Origin: an uncultured Verrucomicrobia subdivision 3 bacterium
GTDB lineage: Bacteria > Verrucomicrobiota > Verrucomicrobiia > Limisphaerales > UBA11358
Assembly: GCA_903827955.1 (NCBI GenBank)
Contig: CAIKKJ010000054.1
Coordinates: 2,298-66,297 of the forward strand
Length of the DNA stretch: 64,000 nt
Direction of reading: 5' to 3'
A program made the position numbers and the translations under genes. The notes below the pieces were generated by a model. The model was not told the DNA's origin and searched no databases. It saw nothing but the letters and a program-made list of their open reading frames with translations. Each line of letters opens with the position of its first letter. Position 1 is the stretch's first letter. Positions 55,511 through 64,000 of the stretch are shown here, piece by piece.

Positions 55511-56836
55511 TCACGCCAGCTTCCACGGCGCGCGGTATTCGCGCGTGAGCCAATTCGCTTCCCCCGTGCCGTCCGTAAAATTTTCTTTTTCCGGACTCCA
55601 CTTCAAGCCCTTGCCGCTGAAATAAACCATGTTTGCCAGATTGCAAACGGTGGCGGAGCGCTGGCCGGTTTCCACATCGCAGCACGGCATGGTGCGGGCG
55701 CGCATGCTCTTCACCCAGTCGGTAATGTGATTAGTGCTGCGGTAAAGCCGCACGGCATCCTTGGGCAACAGTTCCTTGAGTAGTGGTAAATAATCGTCCA
55801 TCGCGTCGGATTTTTTCTGGCCGCCCAGCCACAGCTCGAACTTGCCGCGATTGACGTAAAGTTTTCCCTTGTCGCCGTAGAAGGTGATGCCGTTGCCGGG
55901 TTGATGCGTGACTTCCGTGCCGTTGGGATAACGCCAGCGCACGCCGGATTGCGCCTGCGGATCGGCGACGGGAAAAAATTCCACGGGGCCACTGGTGTCA
56001 TAGCCGAACGCCCATTGCACGATGTCAAAATGGTGCGCACCCCAGTCGCAGACTTTGCCGCCGCCGTATTCGCGATAATGCCGCCATTGCGGATAATCTT
56101 TGGGCATTCCGCGCGGGCTCAAGATGGAGTTGTAAGGCCGCAGCGGCGCAGGCCCGAGCCACATATTCCAATCGAGTCCGGGCTCCAGCGGTTCCTCCGG
56201 CAAATCGCAAAACACCGGCGGCCCGGCGACGGCCGCATCCACTTTCGCCACCGTGCCGATGATACCGTTGCGGACCAGTTCGCACGCGGCGCGAAATTCA
56301 CCCATCGAACGCTGCATGGAGCCGACTTGAAAAATACGTTTGTTCGCCCGTGTCGCCTTCACCATCGCGCGGCCTTCAAGCACCGTGTGCGCCATGGGTT
56401 TCTCGCAATAAACATCCTTGCCTGCGTTCAGCGCCGCGATGGCTACCAGCGCGTGCCAGTGATCCGGCGTGGCGATGACAACTGCATCAATGTCCTTGCG
56501 CGCGAGCAGTTCGCGGAAGTCGCTGTAATCGTCGCAAACAACCTTCGCGCTTCCCGCCTCGTTCTTGGCGTAGCTGTTCAAAACCTTCTCCTTCGCAAGA
56601 TTCCGGCGCGTGGTGTCCACATCGCTCACCGCCACGACGTGCATGTCATTGCGCGGCAGACACGCGCCAAGCAGACCATTGCCCTGCTTGCCAATGCCAA
56701 TGAAACCGACGTTCAGCCGGCTATTCGGCGCCGTATCTGCCGCCCAAACGGAACCCGGCAAAATGAACGGAGCCGCGCCCGCGATAGCGGCGGTCTTTAT
56801 AAACTGGCGCCGGTTAAAAATGCGATTTTTTTTCAT
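55511..56836 (-). CDS. Tat-exported Gfo/Idh/MocA-family oxidoreductase
   Basis: Twin-arginine signal NRRQFIKTAAIAGAA, a Rossmann domain, and EKP (YCEKPMA). Confidence 0.85.
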   Translation of the reverse strand: MKKNRIFNRRQFIKTAAIAGAAPFILPGSVWAADTAPNSRLNVGFIGIGKQGNGLLGACLPRNDMHVVAVSDVDTTRRNLAKEKVLNSYAKNEAGSAKVVCDDYSDFRELLARKDIDAVVIATPDHWHALVAIAALNAGKDVYCEKPMAHTVLEGRAMVKATRANKRIFQVGSMQRSMGEFRAACELVRNGIIGTVAKVDAAVAGPPVFCDLPEEPLEPGLDWNMWLGPAPLRPYNSILSPRGMPKDYPQWRHYREYGGGKVCDWGAHHFDIVQWAFGYDTSGPVEFFPVADPQAQSGVRWRYPNGTEVTHQPGNGITFYGDKGKLYVNRGKFELWLGGQKKSDAMDDYLPLLKELLPKDAVRLYRSTNHITDWVKSMRARTMPCCDVETGQRSATVCNLANMVYFSGKGLKWSPEKENFTDGTGEANWLTREYRAPWKLA

Positions 56837-56900
56837 GGAAATCAGTTACCGCAAACAGACGCCAAAACAAACGGAGCCGTTACGAATTTCCGATATCAAA

Positions 56901-58235
56901 TCATAATCCAATTTTTTTGAACCGGTTGTTCACTTCCTTGAAATGAAAATCCAGCGAACAGAGTTTTTCGAGTTCGCCCGCTTTGAACAGTTTCGCCACG
57001 GTGGAATCCAGTTTCAGTTGCTCGACAAAATCCGCGTCATCGCGGCCGGCATGCTTCACTTCCCATGTCTTCATCGCGGCGTCCTGGCAAATCTTGTAGG
57101 CAGCTTCGCGCGTCAGACCTTTTTTGATGAGCGCGAGCAGAATGGTTTGGCTGTTCCACATGCCCAGACTCAAACCGAGATTTTTTTTCATGTTCGCGGG
57201 ATAGACGACGATGCCGTCCATCAAACGCGTCAGCAGGCCGAACATGTAATCCAGCAGCGTGCAGGAATCGGGGAAAATAATCCGTTCGACACTCGAATGA
57301 GAAATATCTCGTTCGTGCCAGAGCGCGACGTTTTCCAGCGACGCCATCGCGTTGCCGCGCAGCACACGCGCGAGGCCGGTGAGGCGTTCCCACGTGATCG
57401 GGTTGCGTTTGTGCGGCATGGCGCTCGAACCTTTTTGTCCTTTGGTGAACGGCTCTTCCGCTTCCAAAACTTCCGTGCGCTGCAAATGCCGGAACTCCAC
57501 CGCCCAGCGTTCGATACTCGCGCCGACCAGCGCCATCGTGAGTTGAAATTCCGCATGGATGTCGCGCTGCACGACTTGCGTGGCGATGGGCGCAGGCGCG
57601 ATGCCAAGTTTTTTGCAGACGAACGCCTCCACGCGCGGCGAGAGATGTGCGCTCGTGCCGACCGCGCCGGAAATTTTCCCGACGGCAACCACATCGCGCA
57701 CCGCGATCAACCGGCGCAAGGCACGCGAAAATTCATCGTGCATCAGCGCCATCTTCAGACCGAACGTCGTCGGTTCGCCATGAATGCCGTGACTGCGGCC
57801 CATGCACGGCGTGAATTTGTGTTCTTTTGCGCGGCGGGCAATGACCGGCAAAAGTTTTTCCACATCAGCAATCAAAATGTCCGCCGACTGCATCATCTGC
57901 ACGGCGTAGCATGTGTCACCCACATCGCTGCTCGTCAGACCAAAATGAAACCAGCGGCTCGCGTTGTCATTGATGACCTCGGCGACGGCGGTGGTGAAGC
58001 CAATGACATCGTGGTTCAAAACTTTCTCCAGCTCACGTTGCCGCGCAACGAGGCCGGGCAAATCGGCGAACCACTTGTCGCAACCGGCTTTGATTTTCGC
58101 GAAATCCTTCGCGGGAACAATTTTGTCCTTCACCAAGGCTTCGCTGGCGAGCAGTTCAATTTGCAGCCAGATTTTGAGTTTATTTTCGTCGGTCCAAATC
58201 GCCCGCATTTCGGGGCGGGAATAGCGCGTAATCAT
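56901..58235 (-). CDS. purB: adenylosuccinate lyase
   Basis: Fumarate-lyase signature GSSAMPHKRNP and a family-typical N-terminus MITRYSRPEM. Confidence 0.95.
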   Translation of the reverse strand: MITRYSRPEMRAIWTDENKLKIWLQIELLASEALVKDKIVPAKDFAKIKAGCDKWFADLPGLVARQRELEKVLNHDVIGFTTAVAEVINDNASRWFHFGLTSSDVGDTCYAVQMMQSADILIADVEKLLPVIARRAKEHKFTPCMGRSHGIHGEPTTFGLKMALMHDEFSRALRRLIAVRDVVAVGKISGAVGTSAHLSPRVEAFVCKKLGIAPAPIATQVVQRDIHAEFQLTMALVGASIERWAVEFRHLQRTEVLEAEEPFTKGQKGSSAMPHKRNPITWERLTGLARVLRGNAMASLENVALWHERDISHSSVERIIFPDSCTLLDYMFGLLTRLMDGIVVYPANMKKNLGLSLGMWNSQTILLALIKKGLTREAAYKICQDAAMKTWEVKHAGRDDADFVEQLKLDSTVAKLFKAGELEKLCSLDFHFKEVNNRFKKIGL

Positions 58236-58322
58236 TTGGTAATTAAAAATGAAAAATGGAAAATTAAAAAGGCGGAAGTGAAGCGCAATTACCGGTGGCG
58301 ATACGGCACGACTGCGTGCGGT

Positions 58323-59306
58323 TCACGCCCGGTTTTCCAACCACCGCGATTGCAGCAACACATTTGCCGCCGTGATAAGTCCGCCGCCGAGCACCAGCCG
58401 CAGGGTGAATTGTTCGTTCGGATAACTGATCCCGGCCCACGCGGAAAAAATCGCCGGCAGAAACAACGCCATCAGGCTCGCACACACCGGCTCGATGCAA
58501 TAAATCAAACCCGCTTCGGTGGCGGCGACATACTTTTGCCAACAGTTCATCAGCAGGTAAGCCATCAACGTGCAGGGCACAATCAGCAGCGCCAGAAATC
58601 CGCACGTCGGCAGCGTGGCATACGCTTGCAAGCAAGCCGAAGCCGTTGGCGCGGTCGCCCACACCAGCGGCACGCAAAGCAGCGTCATGCCGGCAAACAT
58701 CACAGTCGAAAAACTGGACGGACGATTCGCCGCGTAGCGCGAATGTTCGAGGCACAAAATTTGGCCGGTGAACATAAATGAAGCCGCAAGTGTTTCAAGT
58801 TCGCCGCGGCCGAGCTTGAACGAATGAAAATTTATTTTTGCCAGCACCGCCACGCCGGCGATGACAAGGGCGATACACCAAAAAGCTTTTTTCGTCGGCA
58901 GCCGGCGGTTGACCAGCGCCACCCAGAGCGGAATAAAAACGCAATAGCCTTGCGTCAGAAACGCCGAGATGGACGCGTCGGTGTAGGCCAGTCCGTCCAT
59001 TTGAAATAAAATTCCGCCGACACCAAACGTCGAGATGACCATCCCCTGCTCCACTTCGCGGCGTGTGATGGTGCGCAGCTCGCGCCAGGAAACCGCCGCC
59101 AGCAGCAGCGCGGCAAAACCGAACCGATACATCACGCCAAGCGACGTGAAAAACCAGCTGCCCGTGCCCGGCAGCAGATTTTGCTGCGCTAGCATCAGCG
59201 ATTTCATCACGGGAAAACTCAAGCCCCACAACATCGTGCAGGCGATGAGACGGCGGACGGCGCGGGTGCGAAGTTCACCAGCGGCAGCTGAAATCGCGAC
59301 GCTCAC
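58323..59306 (-). CDS. DMT-superfamily (EamA-like) transporter
   Basis: Ten-TM protein with duplicated EamA-like halves. Confidence 0.75.
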   Translation of the reverse strand: MSVAISAAAGELRTRAVRRLIACTMLWGLSFPVMKSLMLAQQNLLPGTGSWFFTSLGVMYRFGFAALLLAAVSWRELRTITRREVEQGMVISTFGVGGILFQMDGLAYTDASISAFLTQGYCVFIPLWVALVNRRLPTKKAFWCIALVIAGVAVLAKINFHSFKLGRGELETLAASFMFTGQILCLEHSRYAANRPSSFSTVMFAGMTLLCVPLVWATAPTASACLQAYATLPTCGFLALLIVPCTLMAYLLMNCWQKYVAATEAGLIYCIEPVCASLMALFLPAIFSAWAGISYPNEQFTLRLVLGGGLITAANVLLQSRWLENRA

Positions 59307-60160
59307 AGTTTTTTGCGCGCAGCCTCCAAAATTTCACGTTCGCGTTTGGTCAGGCTTTTGATGCCGTGGGCGGAAATTTTGTCGAGAATTGCGTCCACCT
59401 CGCCTTCGAGCGACTGGCGCGCCGGTTCCTCCGCTACTTCCAATTTTGGACGCCGCGGGCGCGGATTAAACTCCTCATTTTTCTGCGGGAAGAATCGTGC
59501 CCAATTCGCACGAATAAAAAACCAGCCCATCGCCATGCCGCCGAGATGCGCGGCGTGGGCCACGTTGTCGAGGCGCAGGCTGAAACCAATCAGCGCAATC
59601 GCGACGGAAACCAGCAGCAGCGTCCGCGCCGTGACGGTCACGGGAATAATGTAGAACACCAGCATCTGCAATTCACGCGTCGGATACAGCGCGGCAAACG
59701 CGGCCACCAGACCGAACGCGCACGCCGACGCGCCGACCACGCCGGCGGCAAAATAATGCGGCCACAGAAACGCCACCGCCGATTGCACCACGCCGCCGAT
59801 GATGCCGCTGGTGAGCATGAGCGCGCAGAAACGTTTTTTGCCGAGGTCAAATTCCAGCACGAGGCCGAACGCATAAATCGCCCAACCGTTGAAGAGCAGA
59901 TGCAGAAAGCCAGCGTGCATGAACTGATACGTCACCAACTGCCAGACCCAGCCGTGCGCCAGACCTTGATTGCTCAAGGCGAAGTGTTCAAAAAACCAGC
60001 GGGCGTTTTGCGGCGAGGTTTTTTCCAGAATGGATTGTGTGAAGAAAACCGCCGCATACACACAAAGGAAACCAACTGTCAGCGACCAGCGCACGCCAAA
60101 GCGCAGCGGCCAGCGGGATTCGTATTCCGGCTGCCTCATGTAGTCGCGATCTTCAAGCAT
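59303..60160 (-). CDS. rhomboid-family intramembrane serine protease
   Basis: GASACAFG (GxSxxxxG) and HLGGM His motif. It overlaps the downstream gene by 4 bp. Confidence 0.85.
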   Translation of the reverse strand: MLEDRDYMRQPEYESRWPLRFGVRWSLTVGFLCVYAAVFFTQSILEKTSPQNARWFFEHFALSNQGLAHGWVWQLVTYQFMHAGFLHLLFNGWAIYAFGLVLEFDLGKKRFCALMLTSGIIGGVVQSAVAFLWPHYFAAGVVGASACAFGLVAAFAALYPTRELQMLVFYIIPVTVTARTLLLVSVAIALIGFSLRLDNVAHAAHLGGMAMGWFFIRANWARFFPQKNEEFNPRPRRPKLEVAEEPARQSLEGEVDAILDKISAHGIKSLTKREREILEAARKKL

Positions 60161-60186
60161 GGCGAAATAATAGCCTGATAAACCAG

Positions 60187-60786
60187 TTAATCAATGGTCG
60201 CCGTCCGCAAGGACCGACGCCAGTGAAACATCCGTTCAAGGTTCGTGCGGTTGGGATATGAGCGCGGCGTCCATTCGGCGAGCAATTCAAAGTGCGGCGA
60301 GAAACGCTCCCAAATCTCCTCACGCTCGACGCCGAACGGCGGGCCGTCCTTGTCCGGAATAAAATAATTCACCGCCAGATAATCGCCGCCGGGCTTCAAC
60401 CAGCGCAGCGTGGCGCGGACATATTCATCACGCTCGGCAGGCTGGATGGCACAGAACAGCGTGTGTTCAAACAGCCAGTCGAATTTTTGCGGCGGCGTGT
60501 CTTTCAAAAAATCGCCAAGCATGAATTTTGCCGTGAGTCCGGCGGCGGAAGTTCTTTCCGTGGCGAGTTGAATCGCGCTTGGCGCGAGGTCATAGCCGTA
60601 AGTCTCAAATCCGGCTCTGGCAAATTCCCGCGCGTCGTGGCCGGTGCCGCAGCCGGGCACGCAGACCGTGCCGCGTTTCAACTTCGGGTTCGCCGCGAGA
60701 AAATCCACGAGGCCGGGCACGGGCTCGCCTTTTTCCCATGGCATATCTTTCGTTTGATAGCGCTGTTCCCAATAGTCTTGGCTCAT
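60187..60786 (-). CDS. SAM-dependent methyltransferase (thiopurine S-methyltransferase-like)
   Basis: WEQRYQTKDMPWE.. and VPGCGTGHDA motif I. Confidence 0.7.
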   Translation of the reverse strand: MSQDYWEQRYQTKDMPWEKGEPVPGLVDFLAANPKLKRGTVCVPGCGTGHDAREFARAGFETYGYDLAPSAIQLATERTSAAGLTAKFMLGDFLKDTPPQKFDWLFEHTLFCAIQPAERDEYVRATLRWLKPGGDYLAVNYFIPDKDGPPFGVEREEIWERFSPHFELLAEWTPRSYPNRTNLERMFHWRRSLRTATID

Positions 60787-61457
60787 GCGATGCGTCCGTC
60801 CTCAAGTTGAATGACGCGCTCGGCATGCGCCGCGACCTTCTCGTCGTGCGTGGCGATGACGAGCGTCATGTTTTTTTCCGCGCGGATGGATTTTAACAAT
60901 TCGATGATTTCAATTCCCGTTTTGGAATCCAAATTTCCCGTCGGCTCGTCGGCCAAAAGTAATTCTGGTTCGTTGATGAGGGCACGGGCGATGGCCACGC
61001 GCTGCTGCTCGCCGCCGGAAAGTTCGGACGGCTTGTGGTCGGTGCGCCCGGCGAGGCCGACACGACCAAGCAATTCACGCGCACGTTTTTCGGCGGCGCC
61101 GGCAGGAATCCGGGCGATGCGCGCGGTGAGGCAGACGTTTTCCAGCGCAGTCAATTCCGGGAGCAGATGATACGCTTGAAACACAAAACCCACGCTGCGA
61201 TTGCGGAATTCCGTCAGCTTGCCTTCGGAAAACCCGGAAAGTTTTTGCCCGCGAAAAATAATTTCACCCGCGTTCGGCGTGTCGAGGCCGCCGATGAGAT
61301 GGAGCAACGTGCTTTTGCCCGTGCCGGACGCGCCGCGCAACGCCACAAAGTCGCCGCGCGCAATTTCCACGTCCACGCCGCGCAGCACTTCGAGCGTGCG
61401 GCTGCCCATGACGTAAGTTTTGGTCAGGCCGTGGGCGGACAAAAGATTTTCATTCAT
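60783..61457 (-). CDS. lolD: ABC transporter ATP-binding protein, LolD-like
   Basis: Walker [10 protein letters not shown], signature [14 protein letters not shown], and Walker [13 protein letters not shown]. Confidence 0.88.
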   Translation of the reverse strand: MNENLLSAHGLTKTYVMGSRTLEVLRGVDVEIARGDFVALRGASGTGKSTLLHLIGGLDTPNAGEIIFRGQKLSGFSEGKLTEFRNRSVGFVFQAYHLLPELTALENVCLTARIARIPAGAAEKRARELLGRVGLAGRTDHKPSELSGGEQQRVAIARALINEPELLLADEPTGNLDSKTGIEIIELLKSIRAEKNMTLVIATHDEKVAAHAERVIQLEDGRIA

Positions 61458-62742
61458 GGCGCAACGCCTCCACGGGTTTCAATTTACCGGCGCGCATCGC
61501 CGGCAGCAGGCCGCCAAAAATGCAGATGATGAACGAGCTGACGCAGATGACCGCCACGTCGCGCGGCATGATGACGGCAGGCAACTCACCGAAGCCGTAG
61601 ATGGACGCCGGGAAAATTTGCAGCCCGGTTGTGTGCCGCAGAAAATGCAGAAAGCCGTTCCGATACACGACCGCCAAAATTCCAAGCCCGAAGCCTGCAC
61701 TCACGCCGATGACGCCGATGATGGCGCTTTGAAACAGAAAAATGCCGGAGATTTGCAGCCGCGTGGCACCAAGGGCTTTCAACATCCCGATCTCGCGCGT
61801 CTTTTGGATGACAAAGGTGATTTGCGCGCTCAAGATGCACAGCGCCGCGACGAGCACGATGAAAAACAGCAGGTAAAACATCACGTTTTTTTCCACTTCA
61901 ATCGCGCCGAGAAAATCAGAATTTTGTTCCATCCACGTCTGCACATAAAATTTATCGCCAAGCGCGATGGCCAATTCATCCTTCACTTGCGCGGCGGCAT
62001 ACGGGTCGTTGAGCATCACGAGCAGGCCGTGAACGTCTTCATCGAGGTCATACATTTGCTGCGCCTGGTCGAGCGAGGTGATGACGACGTGCGCATCGAA
62101 ATCGTAATAGCCCATGCTGAAAATTCCGCGCACCTCGAAGTCCGACGGCGGAATGGCCTCGTGCTCGTTGCGGTCGTAGGCGGCTTTCATGCGCTTGATT
62201 TCGCGGGCGGAATAAACCGACACATGATCGCCCAAACGCAAATTCATGTTCCGCGCAAAATCCGCGCCGACGACCATACCGTGACCGCTCAAATCAAAAT
62301 CGCCGAACACCACCTTGCGCGGCAGCTCGCTCACTTTGCCTTCGTTCTGCGGATCCACGCCGCGTAAGACGGGCGTGTCCTGTTGTGCGGGACGGTTCGT
62401 GTCGCCGGAACTTTCCACGAGCACCGGTCCCATGACGAACGGCGCGATGCCCCGGACATTTTTATTTTTTCTGACCGCAGCGGCTACGACGGAATAATTT
62501 TTCAGCGGCAGGCTAGTTTGGTTGAGCGGATCCCATTGCGTGATGGTGAGGTGCGATTTGTAGCCGAGAATTTTCCCGCGCAAATCCTGGTCAAACCCAC
62601 TCATCACGCTGATGACGATGATGAGCACCGCCACGCCGAGCGCCACGCCGACGATGGAAATGAGGGTGATGATGGAAACAAACGTCCGTTTGGGCCGCAA
62701 ATAACGCAGCGCGAGCAGAAGTTCAAACGGCAGTTTCGACAT
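61450..62742 (-). CDS. lipoprotein-releasing system permease, LolC/E (FtsX-like) family
   Basis: N-terminus FELLLALRYLRPKR, a large periplasmic loop, and the C-terminal FtsX 3-TM bundle. Confidence 0.85.
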   Translation of the reverse strand: MSKLPFELLLALRYLRPKRTFVSIITLISIVGVALGVAVLIIVISVMSGFDQDLRGKILGYKSHLTITQWDPLNQTSLPLKNYSVVAAAVRKNKNVRGIAPFVMGPVLVESSGDTNRPAQQDTPVLRGVDPQNEGKVSELPRKVVFGDFDLSGHGMVVGADFARNMNLRLGDHVSVYSAREIKRMKAAYDRNEHEAIPPSDFEVRGIFSMGYYDFDAHVVITSLDQAQQMYDLDEDVHGLLVMLNDPYAAAQVKDELAIALGDKFYVQTWMEQNSDFLGAIEVEKNVMFYLLFFIVLVAALCILSAQITFVIQKTREIGMLKALGATRLQISGIFLFQSAIIGVIGVSAGFGLGILAVVYRNGFLHFLRHTTGLQIFPASIYGFGELPAVIMPRDVAVICVSSFIICIFGGLLPAMRAGKLKPVEALRHE

Positions 62743-62824
62743 CGCTCAAGGCTAGGGACGCGCAGGCGCGGTGTCAATTTTTGGCAAGCAATAAACCCAC
62801 TTCATTTCACGGGTAAAAAATCTG

Positions 62825-63170
62825 GCCGCGAAAAAGCGCAGAAGGCGCAAAATAAATTCTCGACGTTTGTTCTCATAGAATATGAGATCGCACAACTGAT
62901 GCGGGCTGAAAGCCCGATGCATGACAGCCCAGGGCAACGCCCTGGGTGAGGCAATCCAATGTCTTGCACCCTGAAAGGGTGCGACAAGAACTGCAGCCAT
63001 CTTTTGTTTTGCCCCTTCAGGGCAATTCCGTTTGCGGTTTGTTATCCCAGGGCGTTGCCCTGGGCTGTCATGTGTTTGCGCTTACAGCGCGCCACTACGA
63101 TTTCTATCTGCCTACGACAAAAATTCAGAAACGAAGTTATATTTTTGTGCCTTCTGCGCCTTTTTGCGGC
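62825..63170. repeat. 346-bp nested palindromic element
   Basis: Perfect 27-bp inner inverted repeat (62920-62946 / 63046-63072). Imperfect outer inverted repeat of about 31 bp (62825-62856 / 63138-63170). Confidence 0.85.
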
Positions 63171-63191
63171 AGAAAATTTTGGGTGAAAAAT

Positions 63192-63998
63192 TTATTTCTT
63201 CCCGCCGAACGGATTTTTCCCTTCCGCCGGAATGACGCGGTTCAAAAACATCGGGCTGACGAGCAGGTAAATCCAGCCGATGATGAGGTGCATGGTGAAG
63301 GTGAAGGCGAGTTGCACGAGGTCGAACACGCCAAACCCGTAAAGCGCCAACCCGAGCGACATGATCAGCGCGCCGGGCAGCAACGCCGCGCCGGCGAGCT
63401 TCCACGCGGCACGGAAATTCAGGTTGCGGTCGGAGAAAAACCCGATGAGCCACACGGGCAGAAAATAAAGTGTCGCCAGCAGCCACCACGCGAGCAGCAG
63501 CCCAAAAAACGTGCCGATGGCCGCGAGGCCGAGGATGTCCGGTGCCCACGCGCCCCACGCCGGCCGCAGGTCAGTGCGGTTGAAATAAAACGACTGGCCG
63601 GGCGGATATGGGATTTCCGTTTCGCCGAGCAGCGAGATGATGACAAGCGAATCTTCGCCGAACTCGATTTGAAATTGCGCGGGCAGACGCAGTTGCGAGT
63701 CGTGCTTTGGGTCAATGTCGAACGCTAGGAAATGTCCCTCGGCCAGAATCTTCGGCACGTCGCCGGCCCAGTTTAATTTGCCCCGGATGAGATTGCCTTT
63801 GTCCGGTAGATTGCCGATGGCGGTGTCCACGGCCGGAAAAAATCCGCCGGACAACAGCCATACGACGACGAACACCGCGATGAGCGCGAAGATGGATTGC
63901 ACCACGAGGAGCCGTTCCAGCGAGGCGCGCGCGAACGCAGCCACGCCACGCGGCGTGGCGGGTTCCCAGGCAAAATTTGATTCAGCGATGGCGCGCAC
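63192..63998 (-). CDS. hypothetical polytopic membrane protein (N-terminus may lie beyond the window)
   Basis: 268-aa ORF opening with GTG 2 nt from the window edge. It has several TM helices and no recognised family. Confidence 0.55.
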   Translation of the reverse strand: MRAIAESNFAWEPATPRGVAAFARASLERLLVVQSIFALIAVFVVVWLLSGGFFPAVDTAIGNLPDKGNLIRGKLNWAGDVPKILAEGHFLAFDIDPKHDSQLRLPAQFQIEFGEDSLVIISLLGETEIPYPPGQSFYFNRTDLRPAWGAWAPDILGLAAIGTFFGLLLAWWLLATLYFLPVWLIGFFSDRNLNFRAAWKLAGAALLPGALIMSLGLALYGFGVFDLVQLAFTFTMHLIIGWIYLLVSPMFLNRVIPAEGKNPFGGKK

Positions 63999-64000
63999 CA

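Noticed and set aside
56943-58781. 612-aa plus-strand ORF
   Set aside because: It is antisense to purB and the EamA-like transporter and crosses their intergenic spacer. Its composition is Arg/His-rich with no recognisable domain.
62752-63728. ORFs 62752-63000 (minus), 62802-62987 (minus), 62946-63728 (plus) and 63032-63235 (plus)
   Set aside because: They are translations of the nested palindrome (peptides such as PRALPWAVMHRAF, FCAFCAF) or run antisense to the membrane-protein gene. Repeat-derived peptides appear in both orientations.
1-64000. Scan for rRNA, tmRNA, RNase P, SRP RNA, riboswitch-like leaders, toxin-antitoxin pairs and known defence operons
   Set aside because: No characteristic conserved motifs or gene pairs were recognised by eye. 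The only RNA gene supported is tRNA-Pro. Absence is not proven without covariance-model searches.

Overview
GC-rich bacterial chromosomal segment, densely packed with housekeeping genes on both strands: polyprenyl synthase, rlmI, cspA, hemW, gpsA-plsY, nadK-tlyA, two pilT-type ATPases, cysS-tmk, plsC-cmk-aroA-tyrA, dnaG, holA, ftsH, purB and lolDE. The gene content (PSCyt1-type CXXCH domain protein, giant DUF2723/TPR membrane protein, several Gfo/Idh/MocA oxidoreductases, abundant short dispersed repeats) suggests a PVC-superphylum, Verrucomicrobia-like organism. That origin is inference only. No rRNA, CRISPR array, prophage or recognisable defence operon was seen.

Two accessory patches stand out:
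1. About 5.1-7.3 kb holds a graveyard of three decayed, nested IS transposase fragments upstream of tRNA-Pro(CGG), with a 71-bp tandem duplication downstream of the tRNA.
2. About 47.6-50.2 kb is a visibly AT-richer island between ftsH and an MFS transporter gene.

I interpret the second island as an integron-type gene-cassette array. It has three single-ORF modules on the minus strand, separated by 129/144-bp structured repeats bounded by RYYYAAC ... GTTRRRY motifs (GCCTAAC / GTTAGGC). A further GTTAGGC lies 4 nt upstream of the first ORF, and there is no intact integrase. About 0.9 kb of non-coding DNA follows, containing a possible integrase 5' vestige, a multi-hairpin element flanked by 17-bp direct repeats, and a tandem array of at least 12 units with a strict 21-bp period.

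Other recurring oddities:
- 28-bp arrays of four heptamers sit in frame inside conserved genes (hemW, midA-like, cbiX-like) and in intergenic spacers.
- A hairpin-forming repeat is embedded in frame in aroA.
- A 346-bp nested palindrome lies downstream of the membrane-protein ORF at 63192 and upstream of the lolE-like start.

All functional calls come from motif recognition by eye; no searches were run.
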